The notes: generated from the sequence alone by a model not told the origin. 63,965 nt of DNA from Prorocentrum cordatum (GCA_963575745.1 CAUYUJ010000152.1:1-63965), one strand, 5' to 3'. Shown: positions 1 to 13,825, numbered from the stretch's first letter. Translations and numbers: made by a program.

Positions 1-1720
1 AATCGGGATGACCACGGTTTTGCTACTGCATCCTCAACCCTGCGGGCCAAACAATAGCCGGCAAACAAACCATGGATATCTCAAGGTACGTCGGATCTTA
101 TCGAACAGGGGAACGCCGCAAGACAGTCTGGAGACGCTGACTGCGAACATCCCTTAAACAAGCTCATTGGGGAAAAAGCCAGGGCCGATCGTACGAATCT
201 GATAAAGACTACACTTGTTGGCGGCAACTGGGACGTCGTCAGAAAACTCGAGAAGAAGCCTCAAGCGAGACACATGCTGGAGCAAGGGGTCTTAACAACC
301 ACCTTACTGATGCCGCTGGACGCCCAGACGCTTTGGTGGACTATTTTGAAAAAGTTCAATGGCGAATTCAGTTCGCGAATTTGACTCCCACCGCCATTGG
401 TGTTCTTGGTGCAGATTCCCCCGTGGACATGAATAATTTCACTATGACAGGACCACGATTTGTATTGAAGACAATGAAAAAACGGTGCAGCTGCTGGGCC
501 GGACGACACACAGTAGGACTTCTGGAAAGTTGTAGCTCGATGTACATACGCATGCGAAGCAACTCTGGGATTATGCCAAAACATGCTGGGGGGCTAAAGA
601 GATACCAAATAAGTGGAGGAAGGCAAACATTGCATTATGTTTCAAAACAGGAAACGTGGAATTACCTAACAACTGCCGACCAATATCGTTACTTTCTGTT
701 CGATACAAAGCCTTGGTGGCCATGCTACACTAACGACTTCTTCAAGGAAAAGAACGGCTGCGGGTCTGTCAACTTGGATTCGGGCCTCTTCGGGTGATCG
801 CCGGCGCGCTCATGCTGGCGTGGCGCATGATCGATGCAGCATCGTTGAATCATATTGGTGGTCTCGTTGTACTCCTACTTGACTGGGCGAAAACTTTCGA
901 TCGATTGGAGCCAGAATGTCTCTGCATTGTTCTAGCGCGTTTTGCTCTACCACCATCTGTCGTAGACATGGTCAGAGGCATTATTCACACCGTTACACAA
1001 TTGTCGACCACTGTCGTGGTTATTCTGAACGTCTGCAAACTGCTGGTATCGCGCAATGTTGTCCTCTCTTACCACATGTTTTGAATAACTGTCCAAACGG
1101 TAATGCTGGCAACCGTGTCTTCGGACCTACAACTTCACCGAGAACCTGAGTACGTAGTGATCCACGCTCTTACACGCAAGCGACACAGCGCTGGTATCGC
1201 AGATCGTAGAGAAGTTACAACAGCTGCTAGGCGCTATTCTTTCGGATGGTCAAGCATATGGTTTGGAATTTAACTGGGATAAGACAGTGCAACTTCGAGT
1301 CTCTACCGATAGCAAAGTGACAGGGCAGGGCGGAGAACCGATCACAATTGTTGCAGCAACCGTATACTCGTGAGGACTAATTGCGCAAGACGGGCGAGTG
1401 GGAAATGAACTGTCCAGGCGTCTGGAAGAGAGCAGACCTATATTTTAACAACTATGTAAACACCTGGTAAACAACGAACGCTTTTGATATACATATCTTG
1501 CGTGCTTTGATAACTCTTGTATCTGCTGGATTCTATGTGGTCACTAACAGCGGGCACATGCAGACTTGATGCGCTCCATAGCAAATGCTTGCGGAAAGTT
1601 GTTGTGATAACGCCGTCTTGCTGTTCGAGGATACCTATTGCTACTGTGCGACTGCGGCCCTAGAATTAGGCTCCTGAGCGTGGACGCCAGGGTCGTCTGA
1701 GACAGCAATGGACATAACGT
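1..1720 (+). mobile_element. Decayed non-LTR (LINE) reverse transcriptase region with frameshifts and stops
   Basis: RT motifs in the correct order across frames: AAGPDD (~490-510), IPNKWRKANIALCFKTG..NCRPISLLSV (~600-700), LLLDWAKTFDRL (~870-910), GIAQCCPL (~1045-1070), YGLEFNWDKT (~1257-1290). Confidence 0.9.
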
Positions 1721-1838
1721 GTGCATCTAGCTATCCTTCCTTCTGCCTCCTCCCTTTTGCGTCCTTCCCCTTCCTTCCTCCCGTCCCTGCTTCCTGCGAC
1801 CCGCCTGGGCGCGGCGCTGAAACGAGAAACACTTTTTG

Positions 1839-2052
1839 TACGGCAGGTTCGGGCGGCGTCGGCGCGCGCAAAGGTTTTTGACACCGCGTCGATCGTTCAA
1901 CCTTGAATCGATCGCAGCCTCGATCGTTCAAGGTTGACTTCAGTCGGGTCCAATGGCGAACCGTGTCCCTCGGTGCTTCCGCGTCGCAGAATTCAATCTT
2001 GAACGCCTTCGCCAGCGTCGCGGGCGCGCCAACGCCGCATGAACCTACCGTA
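1839..2052. mobile_element. MITE family A, copy 1 (TA TSD, Tc1/mariner-like ends)
   Basis: TA-CGGCAGGTTC...GAACCTACCG-TA terminal inverted repeats; internal CGTTCAACCTTGAA motif shared with copies at 18697, 24798 and 39754. Confidence 0.85.
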
Positions 2053-2420
2053 CATGGCCCGCCCTCCATCCGTGAAGCTGTTGTAAACTCCGAACGTCGA
2101 AATTATGAACGGTGAGGAGTTCTCAAGCGAAGCGCCCGGCCCGCCCTGCCGACCCACTGCGACAGGGAGGAACTAGTCAGAAGGGACATGGATGGAGGAG
2201 GAGGAGGAGGAGGAGGAGGAGGAGGAGGAGCAGGAGGAGGAGGATGGAGGCGGAGGGGAGGAGGAGGACGGAGGAGCAGGACGGAGGCGGAGGAGGAGGA
2301 GTAGGAGGAGGAAGGGGAGGAGGAGGGAGGAGGAGGGGAGGAGGAGGAGGAGGAGGAGTAGGAGGAAGGAGGAGGAGGAGGAGGAGGAGGCGGAGGACCT
2401 TTTTTTTTCTAAGACACTGC

Positions 2421-2587
2421 CTGGAGCCGACGCGCGGTGCGCAGTCCGACACCGCAGCGGCGAGGGTGGCTGCGGCGGAGGGCCGATCGACCGATCGACG
2501 GCGGGCGGGGCCGCCGGCGGCTGCTCCACGGGAGGCGTCCGCACGGAGTCCGCGGGGGAGGCCGCGCGCCCGTGGCCGTCGCCCTGC
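2421..2587 (-). CDS. Candidate exon, Pro-rich (QGDGHGRAASPADSVRTPPVEQPPAAPPAVDRS...), product unknown
   Basis: Unique GC-rich island between microsatellites, bounded by a CAG|G acceptor and an AG|GC donor, as typical for dinoflagellates. Confidence 0.3.
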
Positions 2588-3889
2588 CTGGCGGCGGGGG
2601 GGGGGCAGTCTGCGGGGGGAGGGGGGGGGCAAACAATGGGCCCCGCGGCGTGGGGTCGTGGCGGGCCGCGAGCGGCTTGCACTACATAGCTTCCGCGTAC
2701 TACATAGGGCTGAGCTAACCCCACAGGGAGATCGCTCGGGGACGTCCCTGGGCTGCTCCCTGAGGGAGCTGGGGGGGCGACACCGCGGGACGTAGCCTGG
2801 CGTGTGGGCCCCGCAGTTGCGGGTGTCGCCTTCGGTGGAGCTCCCGATGGGGCCACGACGCCTGTGAGGAATGTGCCGAAATGGGCGCGGTGAGCGCACG
2901 CGGATGCAGCCTCTGGGTGGGGGCCATGTTCGGGGGGGAGGGCAGAAATAAGAAGCCCGACGCCCGTGTGGAAAACCATAAACATCTCCATCAATCATTC
3001 CCAGCTGAAAACAAGGCGAATCCAGCCAGGTTCGACGAGCAGCCTGGGAGGTCGAGCCTCGACACCGGCGGAGGGGGGAGGAGGAGGAGGAGGAGGAGGA
3101 GGAGGAGGAGGAGGAGGAGGAGGAGGAGGAGGAGGAACAGGTGGAGGAAGAGGCGGTTGACGACGATGACGATGACGATGACGAGGAGGAGGAGAACGAA
3201 GAGGAGGAGGAGGAGGCGGAGGAGGAGGAAGAGGAGGAAGAGGAGGAGGAGGAACCTACGGCCACCGCTGCGGGGTAAGCGCGGATGCCCAGATGAGACC
3301 AATCAGACGAGGCCGTGGCCTCTTCACTGCGCCAGCTGCCGTGCCGCGCAAGACACGGGAGGGGAAACGACGGCGCGCGGTCGGCGGTGGCAACGTCCAC
3401 GATCCTCGATCCTCGATGGGGCTACGACGGCTAGATGACGCCGACCGGCGGGCGCGGCGCGGGTGGCGGCGGCGGTGGCGGCCCGTGCAGTGAGGGCGCA
3501 CGACAAGGATGTAAGGGCCTTGGAGGGCCATGTCGACACTTTGCGAGCGGGGCGAGTCCAGCGAAAGCGGCCACAGATGGGCCGAAAGGGGAGGATGCAG
3601 GGGTAACCTTGGAATATCGAGCATCCTCACTCTGCGGGTCGACAATCGTGTTCTCTCCACAGGAGGAAGAGGAGGAGGTCCTCCTCCCTCTGCTGCGCCC
3701 GCGCCGCTCGCAAGCTTTGTGGTGTCGGTGCCGCATCGCCGCGGTCGCTGCAAGTTACGATGCCAAGGCTACCGCAGCGTCCTGGCGGGATCTGGAGCAC
3801 AGTTCGAACTCCTGTCCTCGCTTCCTCCTTACCTCCTTAACCCCTTACCTCCTTCACTCCTTACCTCCTCCCCCCTCCTCCCTCGAGCA

Positions 3890-4025
3890 GAGGGCTCGAG
3901 GCCGATGGGCCCCCCCGCGCGCGGCGCCCGACGGGGCGGGCGGAGGGGCGGCGGGCGGCCCGCTGGCCGCCGCGAGGTCGCGGTGCATCTGCTGCAGCAT
4001 GCTCTGCATCTCGCCGATGGAGTAC
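3890..4025 (-). CDS. Candidate exon (YSIGEMQSMLQQMHRDLAAASGPP...), product unknown; 3' end uncertain
   Basis: AG|G acceptor at 4026-4027, strongly GC3-biased codons, protein-like sequence; phase-compatible with the candidate exon 13669-13769 (..ETW R|YSIG..). Confidence 0.5.
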
Positions 4026-4076
4026 CTCCGGGGGGGGCCTCCTCCTCCTCCCGCCGCCCCTCCTCCTCCTCCTCCT

Positions 4077-4110
<34 letters not shown>

Positions 4111-4206
4111 CTCCTCCTCTTCCTCCTCCTCCTCCTCCTCCGAGAGGGACGGGGGCGAGGCGGAGGAGAGACGGGGACAAGTGTGCGTGCGTGGTGTGTA
4201 TCAACG

Positions 4207-4375
4207 TTCGGCGTCGCTCAGTGGTGGGGCGATCCATGGGGGGGAAGAAGGTGCACTTCTAGGTCCCGAAAAACTCCATGTTGGGCGCTTCGAGGGTCCT
4301 TTAGGGGCCCTACAGGGCGCCTCTTCGGCAACCCTCTGCCCCCCCCATGAATCACCCCCATTACGCGACGCCCGA
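4207..4375. mobile_element. MITE, 5-bp TSD class (family K)
   Basis: Ends TTCGGCGTCGC...GCGACGCCCGA; flanks CAACG/CAATG (4 of 5 match). Confidence 0.6.
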
Positions 4376-4494
4376 CAATGTGCTGGAAGAGGGGCACTGC
4401 AATGGAACACGCGTTTCTGTTAATATTCATAGTTGTATACATATACATTTCTAAACTGAAAGGTAACGATGGAGAAGTAACGAATTAACTACAA

Positions 4495-4526
<32 letters not shown>

Positions 4527-4547
4527 GAGAGAAAGATGAAGAGAGAG

Positions 4548-4578
<31 letters not shown>

Positions 4579-5159
4579 AGGAGAGCGAGAGAGAGAGAGA
4601 GAGAGAGAGACACAGCCAGAGAGACATATCAAGAGACCGATCTATGTATATATGTATATGTATGTATATATATAAATATGAATACAAGCAACAGCGAGAG
4701 AGGGAGAGAGAAAACGAGAGAGACACAAAGAAACACATCAAGCATGCATAGGGCGCTACGGCGGGGGAGGACTGGAAAAGGGGGGAAGGAGGAGATAGGA
4801 GCGAGCGGGGAGAAAGGGGATGTTGGGGGATGGCGCAAGAGGACGGGGAGGACCCAGGAACAGGCCAACGCGAATGAGCAGGGCGGGAGAGGGCGGCGGA
4901 AAAAGGACGTTGGTGGATAACGGGGGGGAGGAGAGGGAGGATGCGAAGGAGGAGGAGGCGGAGAAGGAAGAGGAGGAAGAGGAGGGGGCGGCGGAGGAGG
5001 ATCACCAGGATTACCGCCTTGACAAGAGCCAACATAATGATATCTACATGCGAAGGCCACCCCCTGAGCTCACCCGCAAACGCGACGAACTAGAAGAAGA
5101 GCCCCACCGACAGGTACGGGAAGAACGCGACTCTGAAGTCCATGGTAACAAACCATTGT

Positions 5160-6900
5160 GAATCCCTCCAGAGCTGACTGGCACCCTCGGCAACGAAACA
5201 TGACAAGCTAAGCTGACATGAGCTCGGCTCGATTCGGCCCTACCGCAGATAACCGGGCAACCTCTCGTGCATATCATAAAGATCGCCTCGTCCACAGACA
5301 GCCACGCATGAAAGTGGCGCAACCGAGAATCACCAACCAAAATGTTCATTCCTTCAAGCCGAAAAACAACGCACTGACGCATGCAAATTGAATGCTGAGG
5401 CCTCCTCCTGAAGTCACCCGCGCACGAGGCGACCCAGTAGAGAAACACCGCGAATGGGCACAAGAAGACCGCCACAACGAAGTCAGACAGCCCCAGAAAT
5501 TTGTGACCCCAAATCGTCAGACCAACTGTAAATGAACGTGACGCTCAGCGGTCGCCCGCAAACTGCCGATCCAGTGTATGCCCAAGAATGCATCTAGCCC
5601 AGCACGCTTTGCAAACGCCTAGAGTTGTAAAAAACGCAGCGCCCGCCAGCAATGCCATGCCTCCCCTGGCGGCTGTGGGGGAGAACGACATGGGAGCTGA
5701 TGGCGACTGCGCTGAAAGCCCGCCTACCACAAAAATACCTCCCCGAGCGGCCGTGAGAGACAATGGCGCGATAGCTGAAGACATCTGCACGCAATGAAAC
5801 CGGCGAGCCAACCGTGAACACCAATTGAGAACCCCCAGGGGGAACACGATTGGCCGCTGCAAAATACGCACACCGTCTGATGGGCCCACCGCCGAAACAC
5901 ACTGAAGCTGCCCCAGCAAAACAGTGATTGACAGCCGACGACAGACCCTGCAGACTCCGTGATATTTAAATAGCCACAAGGTGCGCCCACTACTGAAGCC
6001 CGTTGGGGGGCCGAGCCACCGCTGTCGCAAACAACCACACCACTGCCGTGATGATCCTAGTGGTCCGCGTAGACCCTGATGTAACCGCCCATGACCTTGA
6101 GCGAGAAAAGTTGCCCCACTCGTGAAGCTGGGTCCCGTGGAATAGACATCGGCGACTGGTTGGCTAACGCTCCCATGGCACACCCGTGGCACAAGCTTCC
6201 GTCCCACTGGCCTGTGACAAAGACACGCCACCCCCACGCTGTTGCGTGAAGGCACATAGCCACTATATTGAACTCGCCATTGCTCTCTTCGTAGTGTGAC
6301 GGGTCGAAAAGTCCCTTCGTGTTGATGCGAGCCACCAGGTCGTGACTACCATCCAACGGGCGTGGAAACTCATCTGGTCCATGATGGCACTGAACCGGTG
6401 TGTAACCAGGAGTAGACTTCAAGGACACAACGGCAGAAGGCGTACGAATAGCTCGAAGACAGTCCGAACGTCTAGAAACCGACACCACCGTGGCAGTCGG
6501 GAGCTGCCCAGCTGCTGCTGCAAATGCGAGGCTGTCATGCACAATCCTCCTCTCCGTAGCATCAACTCTCCATCGCAACTACTTGCGCAAAAGATTGTCA
6601 AGCACACCTCGAAAATCACACGGGGGACATATGCATGCGATGATCGTGATGGACGGCGCCACAGTAAACGCAGCGTCCTGAAAAAACTGAAATCTATCCC
6701 GCTTGCAGATCGGCACACCCACTTGCCGAAGGATCGGACCGCAATGCCTCTCCAACTGATCCGTTTGAAGGTCAGACACCTCCCACGTGGACAACCGCAG
6801 CTCTTCCTCTGAATCTGCCATGTATACACGACCGACAGAAATATTACTTTGCATCGCCTCGCCACCCGCTCCAGGAAACCTGCGCGTTCCTTCGGAATCC
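5160..6900 (-). mobile_element. Highly decayed LINE RT and C-terminal fragment
   Basis: GSLCHGCAMG...IRVYADH* resembles the QG(C)PLS..YADD motifs (ORF 6057-6578); YNSR..SVLG lies downstream; lower GC than flanks; embedded in (GGA)n. Confidence 0.5.
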
Positions 6901-8644
6901 AGTCCTTCCCTTCACGGGGCCCCTCAAGCGCTGCGCGGAAGCGCGAGGCCCGACGCCAAGCCTAGTTGAAACCAAAGTTGGATCTACAGGGCCTGGGCCG
7001 ATGTGCTTGAGCAGGCGGCGGAGGAGGACGAGGAGGAGGAGGAAGAGGAGGAGGAGGAGGAGGAGGAGGAGGAAGAGGAGGAGTAAACGAGAGGAGGGGG
7101 AGGGGAAAGGAGTGGGGGCGACAAGTGGAGCGAGGGAACGGAGAGGGGGGGGAGAGGGGAGGGGTGGGGCGGTGGAGGGCAGATGAGGCGACGGGATGCA
7201 TTGGGGAGAAAGCAGGAGGGGGCGGCGAGAGGAGAGGGTGCGGGATGGAGGGCGCGAGAGGGTGGACGGCACCGCTTGCTTTCACGAGAGGGGCGTCCGA
7301 TGCAGCTGCAACGGGGGCGCCGGGCGAATTCCACTAGTTGCATCTAGGATCTGGGCGTGAATTAAGCTGGCCACTGAGACAGACGAGGGGACGACCAGAC
7401 CAGGGCGCAGCTTCACCCCCACCAACTCCCCTTCCCCCTCTTGCAACCCATCATCGTCGTCGTTTTCCTCATTTTGCTGCTGCTGCTCCTCCTCCTCCAT
7501 CGCCCGTCGTCCGTCATCCCTTCATTTGGTCTGAACTCCCTCCTCGTTCTGCCCTCCTCCCTCTTCCTCCCTGCTCCGTCTCCGTCCTCTCCTTCCGCAG
7601 GTCTCCTTCTCATCCTCTTCCTCCTCCTCCTCAGCCTCCTCCTCCTCCTCGTCCTCCCCGTCCTCCCAACTTTCCCGTCCCTCCTCCTCCTCCTCCTCTT
7701 CCTCCTGCTCCTCCTCCTCCTCCTCCTTCTCTTCCGCCTTCCTTCTCTTCCGCCTTGGCCTCCGCCTCGTCGCCCTCCTCCTCCTCCTCCTCCTCCTCCT
7801 CCTCCTCCTCCTCCTCCTCCTCCTCCTCCTCCCCCCCTTCCCATCGACACACGCTGCTCGCCGCCAGCTCCCGCGCCCCCTCCCTGCAGGCAGGCCCGCC
7901 TTCCCCTGGGCCGCGCCACCCTCGCACAAAAAAAACCCGCGGGACACCCGCCCGGCGCAGTCCCGGAGGAGCAGGAGGAGGAGGAGGAGGAGGAGGAAAA
8001 GCAGGAGGAGTGATGCTGATGCTGATGCTGCTGCTGATGATGATGCTGATTATGAACAATGCTGATGATGACGACGATGCTGGTGCTTGTGATGATGATG
8101 ATGGTGATGATGATGCTGATGGTGATGTTGCTGATGATAATGCTGACGTTGATGCTGATGATTCTGATCATGATGCTACGAACGGTATTAATAGAAAATG
8201 ATAATGCTGATGCTGCTGATGATGATGTTGGTAAGAATGGTGATGCTGGTGCTGTTGATGACGATGATGGTGGTGATGAGGATGCGGATGGTGATGGTAA
8301 TGCTGATGGCGACGAGGCTGCTGCTGTTGATGCTGATGATGCTGATGCGGATGATGATCATGATGATGCTGCTGCTAATGCTGCTGCTGAGGATGATGCT
8401 GGTGACGATGATGATGGTGATGGCGATGATGAGTACGAGCGTGATGATGCGGACGATGAGGATGAACATGAATGCGATACGGGGGAGCGAGGGACGGAGG
8501 AGGGAGCATACGAAGGAGGCAGAGAAGGAGGAGGAGGAGGAGGGGAAGGAAAAGGAGGGTGGAGGGGGAGGGGAGGAGCAAGAGCAAGAGCAAGAGGAGG
8601 AGGAGGAGGAGGAGGAGGAGGAGGAGGAGGAGGAGGAGGAGGAC

Positions 8645-9804
8645 TAAATGGGCTAAATGCAAAGCGACAGGGGGGTCGCGCGGGAGAAACCTCTGGGGCC
8701 GCAGGATGAACACGAGCCTCCTCGCCCAGGGAAGCCAGATCCGCAGGAGGAACACGAGCCTCCGCAGCGCAGGGGGCGCAGGAGGAACACGAGCCTCCGC
8801 ACCCCGAGGCAGGCAAGCCGCAGGAGGAGCACGAGCCTCCGCAGCGCAGGGGGCGCAGGAGGAACACGAGCCCCCGCACCCCAAGGCCACTCAAAACTTG
8901 GCCGACTTCACGAGCCAGCCTCGCGGAAGTCGATCGCCTCGAAGCCCGCTGCGTAGGCCTCCCCGCAGGCGGCCAGATGCGCGGCACGGGCCGCCTCCAG
9001 CTGGGCCTTCAGCTCCACCACGACGCGAGCGGCGCCCATGATCTTCTGCTTGTCAGCGCTGAGGGTCAGCGGCCGCAGCTTCTCCCTCTGAGTGCCCGCG
9101 GAGCCCATCTGCATCACCGAGTCCGAATCCGTCGCGACCTTCAGCATGTCGCCGACCACGGCCTCGTGCTTCACAGAGTCGTCCTTGGTCTCCCCCATGT
9201 AGAACCGAGGGTTTTCCAGGGCCAGCTCGTGAATGGCCGATCCCGTCACCTTCACATCGTCGGTGTCCTCGCCGACAGGAGCGCACTTGAAGTCCTTCAG
9301 CTTCAGTTCCTCCATCGGCTTCTCAACTGGCTTCAACGAGACCTCCTCGGACAACTCATTCTTGGCCTTCATTTCATGACGTCCTCGAGGGAGGGTGCCG
9401 ATGCCGCATCGCCAGCGGCGCGCCTTCGGCGGCGCCCTCGGCGCTTGGCCTCCTGGGCCGTGGCCGGCGCCGCGTGGGGCCCAGCGCCGAACTCCGCGTG
9501 CTGGGCCCAGCCGCGGAAGGCGCGGCTGGCGCCAGAAGGCCGAGCCTCTCACGCCTTGGCGGCCAGCCTTCACCATCTCGGCCAGGTGGGGCCTCCCGAG
9601 CCGCTCGCGAACCGAGACTTCCTCCTACACCTCGGAGTCGACACGGTGGGCGAACAGCTCAGCGCCCGTGCGGAGGGCGGAAGCGACCGCGGCGGCGACA
9701 TGCTGCCGTCCGCCGCCACCTTCGGCCGCCCCCGCCGCTGCCGCCTTCACCAGCGGGGCGAGCAGCGCCACCGCCTTCCCATCCAGGGGCAAGACCGTCG
9801 CCAT
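8645..9804 (-). pseudogene. SL-headed retrocopy of an unknown gene (MATVLPLDGKAVALLAPLVKAAA...ELFAHRVDSEV*EEV...), with premature stop and frameshifts
   Basis: ATG at 9804 lies 38 nt after a perfect SL; intronless protein-like frames 9625-9804 and 8908-9380; AEARVPPA-type tandem repeats 8700-8890; flanked by (GGA)n on both sides. Confidence 0.7.
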
Positions 9805-9842
9805 TGCCCGAGCCGCGGCGGGAAGCGCACGCCCGAAGCAAG

Positions 9843-9864
9843 CTTGAGCCAAAATGGCTACGGA
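9843..9864 (-). other. Relict dinoflagellate spliced leader (perfect 22-mer)
   Basis: Reverse complement reads TCCGTAGCCATTTTGGCTCAAG. Confidence 0.97.
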
Positions 9865-12319
9865 AGAGGAGGAGGAGGAGAAGGAGGAGGAGGACGATGG
9901 GGGAGGAGGATCAGGAGGAGAACGAGGAGAAGCATGACGATGAGGATGAGGATGAGGATGAGGAGAAGGAGGAGGAGGAGGAGGAGGAGGAGGAGGAGGA
10001 GGAGGAGGAGGAGGAGGAGGAGGAGATAGAAGGAGGATTCTGCTAGGATTCTGATATCTAGAGCGCCCTCCCAAGGAAAGATGCGAGGGCGCCTGCTCGC
10101 TCAGTGCAGCGCCTTCTGCGCGACATGTGAACGCAGTGTGCTCTTATGTGCGGGGACCGTCAACTGACCATTCGGCGTTTGCTAAAGCCAATCGAAACCA
10201 AGAAACACAACTGATGAGAGCGCGCAGCAAAGCAATGAATGACCACAAACGTTGCGTATACACTCTACAAGAGCTCTGATCCTTGAGGACACCACCACAC
10301 ATGCAATATCAAACTGGCAACGTTGACGTATGCAGCGTAAAATACCAGCCCAATTTGAAGCTGAGAACATGAACGTGGAAACAAACTGAACCCAGCATAT
10401 GAGACAGCAACGTCGCAAATGGATTGATAACACATCCCACCAACATTGCCGACCCCAAAAAACCGTAGTGGAGCTCGTAGGCCAGCTGCCCCGCGTCTGC
10501 CTTGCTTGCCCCGTAGGGCCTGGGCCAGGCTCAGCCATGACAGCCGCAGCACTCCTCCACGGCGGACACGATGTCCCTCTTCCGCGATACCTTGTGGGTG
10601 GCGGCGCGCTCTCCTGGCATGGCAGGTCGGGCCCGAGCCTGCTGCCATGTGGGCCGCTAGCCTCGCCGAAGGGCCACAGCAAGCGATGCTCCCTCCGTCC
10701 GTCATCAGCCGCCTAGCCCTGCTCCTGCGCGCAGTGCGCCCGGCCGAGCTGCTTGCTTGCACCCAGAGGTGGACGAGGGGGGGCAAGCGGAAGAGGAGGA
10801 AGAGAAACGGGGCCTGGCGCATCACACTCGCCGTGCTGCAGGTATCCTGCGCGCCTTCCCCTCTGCCGGGCACACCGTCGGCCGGCCTAGACCGCAGCAA
10901 AGGAGGTGCATGGGGCCCCAGGTGCCAGTGCCATTCCCAAGTTTGGCATCCTGAACTCGGAAGGGCCGTGCGCGCGGGCCGCTTACGAGAGGAATGGCTA
11001 GATAGAAGGAGGAGGAATGCAAAAAAGGACGAGGAGGAGGAGGAGGAGGAGGAGGAGGCGGGGCAGGAGGAGCGATGAGGGAGGAGGACAAGCAGGAAGG
11101 AGGAGGAGGGAGAACTAGGAGGAGGATAATGAGTAGGAGGAGGAGGTAGAAGGAGGAAGCAGGTGGACGAGAAGGCAAAAGGAGGAGGAAGGAGGAGGAG
11201 GAGGAGGAGGACGAGGAGGAGGAGAAGGATGAGGGGGAGGAGGAGCAGGAGCAGGAGGAGGAGGAGGAGGAGGAGAGGAGGAGGATGAGGTGGAGGAGGA
11301 GGAGGGGAGGATGAGGAGGAGGAGGGGGAGGTAGAAGCAGGAGGGGGCAGGAGCAGGAGGAGGAGGAGGAGGAAGGAGGAGGAGGAGGGGGGGGGTGGGG
11401 GGAGGAGGAGGAGAATGGGATGAGGATGAGGATGAGGAGGAGGAGGAGGAGGAGGGGAGGAGAGGAGGAGGAGGACGGGGAGGACGAGGAGGATTTTTTT
11501 TTTTGTTTTTTTTTTTTTTTCACCGCGCCGGCATTCCCCACACCACCATCAGCTCCACACAGATCGCGGGCCCACCTGCGCACAACTCAATGTGCATCGA
11601 CCAGGGCGTCATGGCCAAAATGGCACTAAACAGGGCACGAGAGGAGCGTGGACCCTCCAGCAGGAAGAGATTCCGAGGCATCGACAACGAGGCGCCAGAG
11701 AGGCACAAAAAGACAGAATCTGCCTGCTCAGTGCCAGAATGGGCGGAAAAACTCACCAAAGCGCCAGGGATGCACCAATACGACAGAATCTGCCCAATCA
11801 GTGCCAAACTCGGCGGAAAATGTAATCAATATAAGGGTCAACTCGAACCCGAGACCGGCGAAGAATAGGCGAGCCCCGAGAGGTCCTCAACCGACCGGCC
11901 GACACGAGGCTGGAGATAGCACCGAGCCTAAAGAGGTCCTCGAAGATGCCAGTCCAACAAATCAAGATGAATATGGGAGGCAGGAGGAGGAGGAGGAGGA
12001 GGAGGCAGAGGAGGATGAGTATGGGAAGCAGGAGGAGGAGGCAGAAGGAGGAGGCAGCAGGACGAGGAGCAGCAGGAGGGAGGGAGGCAACAGGAGGCGG
12101 CGCCCGCATAGGGCGGCGAGGCCCACCCTCGCCGCCGGCCGCGGCCCTCGCACGCCCCCCGCGGCGGCCGAGGGCCCAGCGGGGCAGGGCTGGCGTCGGC
12201 GCGGCCGCCGCGCCTCAGACCTGGCGGCGGGCGGCGACCGCGGGGGGGGAGGGAGGAGGGAGGAAGGGAGGGAGGGAGGGAGGGATGATGAGGAGGAGGA
12301 GCAGGAGGAGGACGAGGGA

Positions 12320-12960
12320 AAAACTAATAACCATACTAATAATAATAAGAAGCCTACTAAGAAACATAATAAGAATAATACTACGAATGGCAATGATAAG
12401 CATACTAATCCTAATCAGAAAAAAGAAGGATACTACTAATACATAGAAAAAAAGAAACTTATAACATGGAGACACATGACATTTTTTTAAATAATAACCA
12501 TCATACTAAGAATAATGATACTATGAATAATAAGAAGAATAATGCAACTACGAATAAAGTAATAAGATCACTACGAACACGAATGCGAATCGTAACAATA
12601 ATAATAAACACACTGCGACACAGCAAACGAATAATAATGACAAACATGATCATACTAATACTCATAATAACACAAACATGACAATACCAATACTAATACA
12701 AATCTTAAGAATAATAACAACAATAAGGATACTACTACTAATAATAATACTAATGCTAAGACGAATGCGACAACTAATACTACTCACACTAATAACAATA
12801 ACGCTACTGATAATACTAACACTAATGCTAATAATAATAAAAGTAAAACTAAACATATAATAATAACACTTATACGAATGAGAAGAACATGCTAATAATA
12901 ATAATAAAGCTAGAAACATAAGCATAATAAGACTAATCCAAATGATAATAAGAAGAAAGA
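12320..12960. repeat. Degenerate (AAT)n/(ACT)n low-complexity tract
   Basis: Directly visible. Confidence 0.9.
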
Positions 12961-13668
12961 CGAGGAGGAGGACGAGGAGGAGGAGGAGGAGGAGGAGGAG
13001 GAGAAGCAGGAGGAGGAGACGGAGGACCCAAAGATCCGAGGATGTATTTTTTTCAATCCGGCGTTTGTTTCCGGGATTTCGGCCCCTGGGGCCCAGTCAT
13101 CGGGCCCTCAGACATGGATCCAGGAGGACAGACCGCCTCCGTGGAAGGGGTGGGGACTTCTCGGGCCGCGGATTGAGCAAATCAGGTCGGCGGATGTCTG
13201 GGGGGGGGGGCGATTGCAGCCGTTGGAGGCGACTCCGAAGGGCGTGGCTTGAAAAAATTGGATCAGCGGATGTCTGGGGGGGGGGAGCGATTGGAGCCGT
13301 GTGAGGCGACTCCGAATGGCGTGGTTTGCAACAGGTGTGGTTTGCACCCCACGCCTGGGGCGAGCGGGCGAGGACCTCGACAGAGATCTCTGCCGCGGCC
13401 CGACGAGGGGTCGACCCACCCCGCGAGCCACCCCGCGAGCCACCCGCGACCCGTTCGCGACCCTACGGTTTTTCAATGCTTTTAGGGTTCTGCGCTTTCC
13501 TAACTCCCGACGCATCAAGACGTCTCAAGAGGCCCCCAAGACCGCCCCAAGACGGCCACAGAGGTCTCCAAGATGGGCCCAAGGCGGCCCAATAGGGCCC
13601 CCATCGCAAACCACACCCTGGCTTAACCACATCCATAGTTGCCGACCGTTGGAGGCGATGTCGCATGC

Positions 13669-13769
13669 CTCCATGTCTCGGCGGCGTGCCCAGGGGGGAA
13701 GTTTGACGCTTCGACGTTCAGGAGCTTCGAGTTCGAGGTCTGAGAAGCCTCGCCGCCTGCTGAGAAGGC
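13669..13769 (-). CDS. Candidate exon ([33 protein letters not shown])
   Basis: CAG|G acceptor and AG|GC donor; 101 nt, so it exits in phase 2, matching the entry phase of the exon starting at 4025. Confidence 0.4.
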
Positions 13770-13825
13770 CTGCCCCCTCTCCCCTCCCCCCTGGACCCGC
13801 TGCCGAGTGACCACGGGGCCCCGTC

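Noticed and set aside
9843..9864. SL RNA gene (also 29999 and 47933)
   Set aside because: None is followed by the GT donor and short intron of an SL RNA gene; each is followed by a UTR and ATG, as expected for retroposed mRNA.
10150..10900. Possible terminal exon plus AT-richer 3' UTR on the minus strand
   Set aside because: No frame is clearly preferred and splice sites could not be fixed.
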